From Hormiphora californensis (Eukaryota; Animalia; Ctenophora), in contig CM035359.1 in NCBI GenBank assembly GCA_020137815.1, positions 3,968,001-4,032,000 on the forward strand: a DNA stretch of 64,000 nt, written 5' to 3'. Each line of letters opens with the position of its first letter. Position 1 is the first letter of the stretch. The notes below the pieces were generated by a model. The model was not told the origin of the DNA and made no database searches. It was given only the letters and a program-made list of their open reading frames with translations. This document shows, piece after piece, positions 54,534-64,000 of this stretch. Position numbers and translations under genes: made by a program.

Positions 54534-55420
54534 CAGTCACTGTCTCAAGGACTTAACTGCGAATGAAATTATTGAGGCTACTTCGCGTATTTTTCTATCC
54601 AGTATGAAACTTGCCAGAGCAACAATGAACAATTTTGAAAATGTTATCAGCGCAGAAAAACTCGAGAAGCAACTACGTGAATGCAAAGAAGAACTTGATC
54701 GCCACCGTCTTAGCGTGATTGAGCTTCAGCAAACGGTTATTGAAGCCCAAAAGCAACAACTAAGTGCAGTGTCAACTTCGGTGAAGAAGGTGAAAGCCTA
54801 CTCTTCTGTGCTTGCACAGAATTGTGCTGCAACCTCCCCTAAAGTGGTAAAACCACTAACGTCGCACCACCCTACTCCCGTCCAACAGCCCGGAAGAGAG
54901 AAGAACCTGATTGTGTTTGGTCTCCAAGAAACAACCGATAGAGTAGCTAAAACTACTTTAGACGAACTTTTTGAGGAACTGCAAGAGAAACCGAAAGTGA
55001 CAACGATAAAACGCATCGGGGAAAGAAATGACAAACGTCCTAGACCGCTCTTAGTATCCCTGGAGAGGAGAGCGACTCTCCTGGCGCTTCTCAAAAAAGC
55101 ACGAAACCTCAAAGACTCCAAACAGTTTTCGGCTGTTTATCTATCTCCGGATCTAACGCCCTCTGAACTGAAGCAGCAAAAAGCTCTCAGGTCCACTTTG
55201 AAACGGATACGACTAGAAGATCCAGACGGCTGCTATTTTATCCGTAACAATGTTATCCAAGTGGGATAGTTCCCGACTAATTCACCGTTATCAGAGAACC
55301 GTGCTAGGAGCAGGCAGTCTGCTGCAGTCCCTTTCAAATGAAGGAAAACGAGTTGTCTGTAATTAAAACTGTGTCAGTGCGGGATATAAACTGTCATTTT
55401 TATTATTTATTATTATTATT
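54534..55420 (+). mobile_element. ORF1-only non-LTR retroelement (HAL1-like)
   Basis: CAGTCACT start, one ORF1-like CDS, ~130-nt 3' UTR and a (TTA)n tail; no ORF2. Confidence 0.65.
54604..55269 (+). CDS. CR1/L2-type LINE ORF1-like protein (coiled coil + RRM-like + CTD)
   Basis: Heptad-rich N-terminus, then REKNLIVFGLQE, RIG..RPRPLLVSL, VYLSPDLT and YFIRNN motifs typical of LINE ORF1p. Confidence 0.8.
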   Translation: MKLARATMNNFENVISAEKLEKQLRECKEELDRHRLSVIELQQTVIEAQKQQLSAVSTSVKKVKAYSSVLAQNCAATSPKVVKPLTSHHPTPVQQPGREKNLIVFGLQETTDRVAKTTLDELFEELQEKPKVTTIKRIGERNDKRPRPLLVSLERRATLLALLKKARNLKDSKQFSAVYLSPDLTPSELKQQKALRSTLKRIRLEDPDGCYFIRNNVIQVG

Positions 55421-55611
55421 CTACGGTGAGTTTTAGGACAGATGCACCAACCGGGAGGTCAAGCTACGCCAAGAAAGTGTGTCAGAGTTGTCACTGAGTC
55501 ACTTTTCCGGCAGTATATTTCGTCTCTTGCGGTGGGACGTCTTTGGAAGATGTCCCCAGAGGTGCAACTGCGATGAGTCCAAAGTCTATTGTTTTTAAAA
55601 ACCCTTCTCCC

Positions 55612-58499
55612 CCAGGAATCAGATAGAACGGCTGAAAATGTGACACTGTAAATTGATGGTGTATTCATCAATCTAAAAGCAACTCCCGGTGATGCATCAT
55701 TGATCATGTAGATACTAGTACTGATTACTGAAATAAATGAAGAATAAGCGGTAAGCCCTGGGGAACTCTCGGTGAGGGCTCTCTCTATCTGAACCATCTC
55801 CATTCCGTAATCCGTATCAATCTGCCTCTTTTCGCTAAAGTAAGTGAGATTCCAAAACATCCTCCCCTCTTGCCATACAACCTCCCGGCTCCCCACCCTC
55901 ATAATCTACCCACACAAACAAGAGAAAGAGAGGGACGGACTTTCCTCCTTCATTATACCCCTCTCTAATCTCTATCTCTACTCCTCTTCACCCTCCCCTT
56001 GACCGGACCCTCCCTTTAATATTCCTCCATATCTTGTCCGTATCTACTATCCCCATTCATCTTCCTCTCCTTCATCTTCCTCGGAGTCTAAAGTGCAGAC
56101 TCCCCCGTCTGACTCCCCTGCTAAGATCGAGTAAAGTGTAGTATCAATTTAGTCTCTCTCATTTCTACTAACCCTTCTTTACCTCTCCCAGGATTCCGAT
56201 AGAACGGCTGAAAATTTGATACTCTGAATTGGTGGTGCATTTATCAATCTAAAAGTAACTTCCAGTGACTCGAATTCATCATATGGACACTATTACTGAT
56301 TACTGAAGTGAAGACAAGCCCTGGGGCACTCTCGGTGAGGACTGTTTCTCTATCTGAACCATCTACGCTCCATATCCATCTGCTTCTTTTCGCAGTAAGT
56401 CAGCCTTATTCTAAACAGTTTTCCCCTTCTACCATACAACCCCCGCTCCCCCACACCCACATAATCTACCCATACTTTATACCCGCCCCTCCGTCACATC
56501 CTTCTACATTCATTTCCCCCTTGGCCTTTATTCCTCCCCTCAATCCCCCTCCACCTCCCCCTTTTTTTCCTTTTCTCCTTCTTCCTCTACTCATTCATTC
56601 CCCCTTCATCTCCCTCTCCATCCGTTCCTTCATTCCCCCCTTTTATCCTACCACTTTACCCCCCCCCCTTCGACCTTCGCCCTCCTTCATCCACGCTTTT
56701 TAGATAGTAGATACCCATTCATTCAGAGAGAGAGAGAGAGAGAGAGAGTGTGTGTGTGTGTGTGTGTGAGAGAGAGGGAGATACCTAGAGAAAGAGAGGG
56801 AGAGTGAAAGACATAAACTACCTAGAGAATTAAAGAAAGAGAGATAGAGATCTAAAATTCTACACCACTACTGAGCCAGGCGCCTTTGGGGAGCAGTGCG
56901 AGGTACAGTCGAACCAAACCAAACTGCAGCTCGGCCTCACTCACTGTGTAGTGTGTGGTGTATGCACATTGCACTATGATCCTCCCTTTCATCTAACCCA
57001 CCCTCATCTACCTCTCTTTCTTCATTTGCTCCCTTCATCCTCTCCTTTATCTTCCAACTTCCACTCTTCCTTTCACTTCTCGTATTGCATCTTATCGTTT
57101 CGTTTCAAGTTCCCTCTTCTCTCCCAAACCTCACCCTGTCTTCTCCCCCGAACCTCACCATTTCATCTCTCCCGAACCCCACCCTGTATTCTCTCCCGAA
57201 CCCCACCCAGCACCCTGTCTTTTCTCCGAAACCTCACCCTGTATTCTCTCCCAAACGTCACGATGTCTTCTCTCCCAAACGTCATGCTTCATTCCCCCTT
57301 TTATCCTACCACTTTACCCCCCCCCCCCCTTCGACCTTCGCCCTCCTTCATCCACGCTTTTTAGATAGTAGATACCCATTCATTTCCCTCTTCATCCTCC
57401 ATCTCCTCCTTCATTCCCCCTTTATCCTCGCCTCCATTTCCCCCTTCGTCCTCTCTCCTACTTCTTCTTTTTTCATTCCACCACTTCATCCTTCCCCTCT
57501 ATCTCTCGTCCTTCACCCCCCCCCCTTTATCCTCCCCTCGGGCTCGATCTACTCTTTCATCTTTCTCCACTCTCCCCAGCTCCCCTCCATTCCTTCTCCT
57601 CTTTCATATTACTGAAGTGAAGAGTAAGCCCTGGGGACCCTAGGTGAGGGATTTCTCTATCTGAAGTTCAGATTCTGAACCTTGTGTAGCTCAGACTGGA
57701 TTTTATTTCATAATCTGTGATGGTTCGGCTGATAAATCTGAACCATCCATCTCCATTCCATATCCAATATAGAGAGGCAAAGAGAGAGAGAGAGTAGATA
57801 GAGACTAGATGCGCTCTCGCGCGATACCCGCGCGCTAGCTCGCCTCTCTCTACCTCCACTCTCTCGTCTCGCTCTCTCTCTCCTCTCTCGCTCCCTCTCT
57901 CTCTCTCTCTCTCTCTCCTCTCCGCCTTCATGCTCGCGCTTGCGCTCGAGAGCTCCCCGCTCCTCTGTCCTTGGGTCGGGGTGTCAGAACTCGGACCCCC
58001 TTTTCCCCTTTCTCTCCTAATGCCTGCTGTTCCCCTCTTGTGCCCCTCCCTAGAATGTAGAGTTTCATTTTGTATGCCCTATTGGGGTTTTTATTAATCT
58101 TTTTTGACCATTTATGTATCATTATGGCGGTACCTCCTAATTTTAAGCGAGTTTCATTATCATTTTTGCTACCCTTATATCGTCCCCCGCCCTTCTGGGT
58201 TCCGTTATTAATCTTTATTCATGTACCCCCTTTTTCCTCCTAATCAGGTGGTGACAATGCATCCGGAATTAGGTGGAGCTTAACCTGGTCCGGCCGGGCT
58301 CACAACGCCCCCGTCGGATAGTGCGTTTATCGATTGAGAGAGAGAGAGACGAGGGAGAGAGAGAGGAGAGAGAATAGGAGAGCCACGAGGAGTACGCAAG
58401 CGATAGAGCTCGCCTTCATCTAGATCTCTCTCTCGCGCCCGCGATCGAGCGCCTCGCCGCTCTCTTCGCCTTCGGGAACTCTCTCTCGGATGCGTCCTC

Positions 58500-58536
<37 letters not shown>

Positions 58537-59900
58537 CTCTCGCTCTCCTGTCTCCTCTCTCTCTCTCTCGCTCTCTTCTGCTCTCTCTCTCTCTCTCTCT
58601 CTTCTCCATCTCTTTTTTGATGACTTTTTTTTTTTGCGTCTCGCTGAAGCCTTTGTTGCTCTAGCACGCACGACTTTGGAAGACGGAGGCTGGAAGGGGG
58701 TGTTGGGGAATATCTGCTTGACGGCTCTCATGTTCTATATGGTTTCACTTATTCCCTTATCATCTACCTCGCATCATTAAAGAAGAAGAGAGATAGATCT
58801 AAATTCTACACCACTCACTGGACCCGGCGCCTTTGGGGAGGCAGTTCGACGTAACAGTCGAACCAAACCAAACGGCACGCGCGGCCTCAACTCACTGTGG
58901 TAGGTGTGTGGTGTATTACAACATGCACTATGATCCTCCCCCTTTCATCATAACCACCCTCATCTACCCTCTTTTCTTTCTTTTGCTCCCTTCCTACCTC
59001 TCCTTTATTATCTTCCAACTTCCATCCACGTCTTCTTCGCGTTTCCCTTCTCGTATTGCATCTATCGGTTTCGTTTCAAGTTCCCTCTTCTCCGTATCCC
59101 AAACCTCAACCCTGTCTTCTACTCCCCCGACCTTCACCATTTCAGTCTCTCTGCTCCCTCCCTACCCCCAAACCCGACTCTTATTCGTTCTCCCGACCCT
59201 CCCCCACATGCCAACCCTATGGCTGTTCTTTTCCTCCCTAAACCTCACCCTTTATTGTGCTTCTCCCCAACTATCATATTTCTTATTCGCTGCTCTCCTC
59301 CCAACCTTCCCGCCCCCGGCCTTTTGCTGATTCTCTACAACTCATCTCCCACACTTTGCCCTTGTCTTTCCTCTCCCAAAACGAGCTACAACATCGCCTG
59401 ACGCACCCTCGATTGTGAGGTCAAGGTCTTCTTTCCTCGATCGGGACCTCCGTCCCTCTCTTCTCTCCCAATTCCTCTCTCCTGGGACTTTCGTTTCTGC
59501 CGTTTTCTTCCCCCTCCCCTCCCGCCATGGTTCCTGTTCTATCGGTTCTCGTCTTCTGCGTGTACCTCCCTACTCCCCTCCCTTTCTTCTGCAAATTCCG
59601 ACCTAACGCCCACCCATCACACCCCTTTCTTATCTCTCGCAAACCTCCTCCCTGTTCTCTCGTCTCCACGTCCCCTACGTCTTCTCTCCCAAACCTCACC
59701 CTCTCTTCTCTCCCGAACCTCACCCTGTCTTCTCCCCCGAACCTCACCATTTCATTGGTTACGAAGTCACCCCTATTATTGCATATATATATATATATAT
59801 ATATATCCGTGAGCTAGCGCAGAGGGGGAATTTCATTACCAACCCGAACCCCACCCAGCACCCTGTCGTCTCTCCCAAACCTCGCCCCATATTCTCTGCC
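55612..59900. repeat. Degenerate segmental duplications and pyrimidine-rich low complexity
   Basis: 55612-55910 resembles 56186-56470 and partly 57610-57760; 56850-57300 resembles 58795-59300 with many indels. Confidence 0.7.
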
Positions 59901-60604
59901 GAGTGTTCTGTTTGTCACTGTAATCGGGATACCACAGTAGCTAGGGTATTTTGTGATCTCATCTCTCTCCACCTCTCAGGTCCCTGGTCCCAGTTTAATG
60001 ATTGGTTACGATCCGAACCTGGAACAAATTGCAGTTAAATGCCGCATTCGTATCGGCATACATCGGGTTGTCGTCAAATAAATATATGAACAATAGTGCT
60101 GATACTACTGATAGACTTGGTGATATCCCGGTGATATTTTATTTATTTTATAAATCTTTGCGGGTTGAAGAGAATGCCACTTCCCAATTGCTCAATTGCT
60201 GGTACACGTACTAAATTCAGGGATAAGATTATGTACATCTCATGTGTTATTTTGTTGTATTGGCCACTAAAACCAATTTGTATCAATTTATTTCCGGCAT
60301 GGTGGGGGATTCAACCCGCCCCTCGTCTTTGATTCAAGGCCAAAGATACATTGTTTAGGGATCGCTGGCCTAAAATGTAATTGTCACAAAATGGGACTCT
60401 GTCTCAGTTCACGAACATGCTTTGCGTAGCGCGCGGAGTGGAAAAATAGCTTTGCGCACAGAGCAAAGTTTGTCAGCATCGGAATTTACACACACACACT
60501 TTGAGCAGTGCGCGCAATAGACTACTGGCCCCTATCGGGGGCCAGCAACGTTTGCCAATTTCTTTGTTTTCTTTCTTGTCTCAAACGGTTTTGAAAAAAT
60601 GTTA

Positions 60605-61137
60605 TAGGGATCCCTAATAAAGTTGTGACTTGTCACTGTAGTCTTGCGGAGGCGCGGTTGTGACTTGTCACCGCGTGTGCGCGTACCAAAACGCACGTGG
60701 TTCCCACTGCGCGTATACTCCATTTTTTTTCAACTGTTCACCCCCCAAAGTCGTGCGCGGAAATGTTTTGCGCGTCTATCACATGTTAACGTGTAGCGCG
60801 CGCAGCGTAAATTAAAATATCGCACGCGCACGAGTTGGAGGGTGAACAGTTGAATAAAAATGGACTTTAACTTGTCACCGCATGGTTTGCGCCGCGCCGC
60901 AGCTAAAGTCCATTTTTATTCAACTGTTCACCCTCCAACTCGTGCGCGTGCGATATTTTAATTTACGCTGCGAGCGCTACACGTTAACATGTGATAGACG
61001 CGCAAAACATTTCCGCGCACGACTTTGGGGGGTGAACAGTTGAAAAAAAATGGAGTATACAATCGCGCATTTTGAAGCCACGCCGCCACGGGAACCACAT
61101 GTTTGGTGACAAGTCACAACTTTATTAGGGATCCCTA
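60605..61137. mobile_element. Foldback element bounded by palindromic TAGGGATCCCTA
   Basis: TIR TAGGGATCCCTAATAAAGTTGTGACTTGTCAC plus ~160-bp internal inverted arms (~60714-60870 / ~60905-61059). Confidence 0.75.
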
Positions 61138-61515
61138 TGCGCTGGCGGCTGGTCGCCACAACCATCATAGATTCTTCAACCTTCCTCGTTCACATTTCCC
61201 CTCCTTCGTTGTCCAGGCCCCCTTAAGCTCCCGGCCTGGCAGCAAATAGCAATCCCGGCCCGACCAAAATTTCATCGATTTTACCCTACCCCGGCTTAGT
61301 GCTAATCACTGCCCGTGCTGGGAATTTAAATATTTGTTCAATCTTCCAATCATCAATAAATTTAAGATAAATCGCCCTAATAAATTGTGGACGAGCGGCG
61401 AGCCGGGATTAACGGCCACTTAAGATTAGCCCCGGTCCAGTTACCCCAGTTGTTATTTGTTAAAAGTTCATCTCCTTCTAGGGCATGTTTATTTATTTAT
61501 ATCTCCTTCTAGGGC

Positions 61516-64000
61516 ATGTTTATTTCTGAAGGGGCGAACATGGCAAGCAGTTACTCGATGTTTGGATTGAACAGCAGTCAACCAGAGAAAATTAAAGATG
61601 AGCTTAGGGTGCCCAGTAAAGTGATATGCCATCTTATTGGACAGGTAGGAACCATGTTACAGCCCCATAAGCCACCGTGTTTTGCTGACTAATATAATAA
61701 ATATATGAACTCAAGAGATTGTGCTTCCATTTGTGTAGACTACTTTTCGAAGTTTTCAAATTATGACAAAAGTATGATTTTTAAAACGATAGCAACTTCT
61801 CTGTTCAGGGTGCGGAAACACTACGACAGATCCAGCAACAGACAAGTTGTACGGTGCAAATTCAGCCCCCGGGCCCAGATCCTTCTGTGGACAGGCCCGT
61901 GACATTATCAGGGACGCGATCAAACATTGAAATGTGCAAGGGACTGATCCGGAAGATAATTTCAGACAATCCCGTCAGTACACCCTCCCCACCAATGAGC
62001 TTCTCGACACTCTCAGAATATAACAGTAAGTTGTTTTATGTTAGGCCATACTTTTATCCAGTTTTTTATAGGTTTTCATAGTGAAAGTGTGGGAGTTGTA
62101 TCTTTCTTCTTCTTCTTGGAGTGCCGTGTTAAAAGACTCGAGTTGAATCTTGTTCTATATGTCTTTTCTCATTGTCCCTTCGTTTGCCACACCAGTGGAC
62201 AATGGCAGGTGTTTCTGAGCTCATTCTTATCTCTCTCTCCCCCGCCCTCGTTATTATATATCTCTTTATTTTACCACCCTCTCCTTCTCTTTTTTTTATT
62301 CCCTTGTCCACCACTACACGATGATAAAGGAGCTTTGTCAACAGCTCAGCGAGCAGGTGCATTGTTAGCACGTTCCCTCTCTCTCGTTCCCGCTTCTAAT
62401 TCTACTCATTCAGTCTGTATAGTAGAGTCGATAACTACATCGACCTCTCCCAATTGTTCCAGTTTTTGTCACATCTGTTTGGAACCTCGACACGACCTCT
62501 AAACAGGTGTTACTTTTTCACAAACTGTTTTCATCTTGGTGTAATCAGCAGTTGAAATGTTGTTGATCATAACAAAAACCGAACTATTTTTTTTCAACTT
62601 GGGGTAAAACCATGGGTGTCAAAAGTTAGCTCTAGGTCCCCTGAGTAACCATCCGGAGACTCTAAGAGATATTTCAAGCCGTTCTCCCGTAATCATTAAT
62701 CCCGGTGGAGAAAAAAATACAATGCGGACGTACGTGAGCGCTGGCAGGCTGTTTACATGTTATTGTATGTCTCTCACTCTCTCTGGAAAAACCGCACGTG
62801 CGGTTGCGCCGCGCGAGATAACTCTTTCTCAAGGGGGAGAAAAGAGAGAGACGCACATTAACGTTACACATTAAAGTTGAGGTTGTAGGCAATTGCACGT
62901 ACGTCCATACTCAAATATGTGCTCTACCGGGATTAATGATTACAGGAGAACGGCTTGAAATATCTCTTAGAGTCTCCAGATGGTTACTCAGGGGACCTAG
63001 AGCTAACTTTTGACACCCATGGTTTTACCCCAAGTTGAAAAAAAATAGTTAGGTTTTTGTTATGATCAGCAACATTTCAACTGCTGATTACACCAAGATG
63101 AAAACAGTTTGTGAAAAAGTAAGACCTGTTTAGAGGTCGTGTCGAGGCTCCAAACTGATGTGACAAAAACTGGAACAATTGGGAGAGGTCGATGTAGTTA
63201 TCGACTCTACTAGTACCCGCCCGCCCCTCTCTCACACACACTCCCTCTATATCTGTCTTCTCTCCCTATCTCTCTCTATCTCTCTCTATCTCTATCTCTC
63301 CCTATCTCTATCTCCCTCTCTATCACTATCTCCCTCTCTATCTCTGTCTTCTCTCTTTCGTTCGTCCCCATGAGTGTCGCCGCACTGTAACAATGCCGTG
63401 ACGAAACATTACCATATCTAAAGATCAAACCAGAAATCTTATTGTTCCGTCCTCCTACTCTAATCCATTTCAATTCCGGCAAATATTAACCTCTTCTCCA
63501 ACTTTTCAGCTGCAAATAGCAACACTGATTTGGCCGCTATGCTAATGCAAAAAGCTACCCTGTCATCCCAGACTGAAATGAGTATGAGCGAGGAAATGAT
63601 GATCCCCCAAAACAAGGTAATTGGTAGTTGGATAAGGTATTTAAAGAATGTTATTAATTAGTTGGATAAGGTAATTAATTAGTTGGATAGGGTAATTAAT
63701 TAGTCCATGACTTGTTTATTATTATTTATTAATTGATAACTTTTCGCCAATGCCCACTATGGGTTTTAGTTGGAAATTACCCCTCCGCGAAATAGGGGTA
63801 ACTTCGCAACCAAGGGTTTTAGCAGTTATCAAATAAAAATGACATGCAAAATTCTCAAACTTAATAACTCTCTCCCTCTCAGGTGGGCCTAATCATTGGC
63901 AAGGGAGGCGAATCAATTAAGGAGTTACAGAACAAGGCTGGCTGTAGGATGCAGATGATTCAGGAGGGAGTGTATGCTAATGCCCCGGAGAAACCCCTCA
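61516..64000 (+). CDS. KH-domain RNA/ssDNA-binding protein, FUBP/KHSRP (PSI)-like; runs off the window
   Basis: Exons 61516-61644, 61809-62025 (LIGQGAETLRQIQQQTSCTVQI..RPVTLSG), 63510-63616, 63883->64000 (VGLIIGKGGESIKELQNKAGCRMQMIQEG..EKPL). Confidence 0.85.
62420..63212. mobile_element. Long-TIR non-autonomous DNA element, copy 2 (complete), in the KH-gene intron
   Basis: ~285-bp arms; same family as 6274-6940. Confidence 0.85.

Noticed and set aside
57770-59800. Scrambled GA/CT sequence as a novel repeat (also 9480-9780)
   Set aside because: The indel-rich pattern looks like poorly polished read sequence.
61632-61820. KH1 GxxG loop variant (GQGA)
   Set aside because: A single substitution across a manually inferred splice junction is too weak to claim loss of RNA binding.

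Overview
This is repeat-rich eukaryotic (invertebrate metazoan-like) genomic DNA; the taxon cannot be fixed from sequence alone. Manual splicing reconstructs five multi-exon genes: a C2H2 zinc-finger gene (+, 10540-27520), a voltage-sensing phosphatase VSP/TPTE (-, 32878-~38723), an ShKT-LDLa-S1 serine protease (+, ~42242-48613), NAA50 (-, 49541-50965) and the start of an FUBP/KHSRP-like KH gene (+, 61516->64000). A single-exon 7TM gene is nested antisense in a zinc-finger intron. There are five tRNA genes (Arg-CCT, 2x Val-CAC, 2x Val-AAC), a near-intact L2-clade LINE nested in a Helentron-type non-autonomous element, an ORF1-only LINE derivative, and many non-coding foldback/MITE elements of several superfamilies. 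The most striking unexplained pattern is 'splice-site echoes': at about a dozen exon boundaries in four genes, the exon end plus its splice site is tandemly re-copied into the adjacent intron (up to 13 copies), creating decoy splice sites. Most short ORFs in the supplied track are microsatellite or repeat artefacts.
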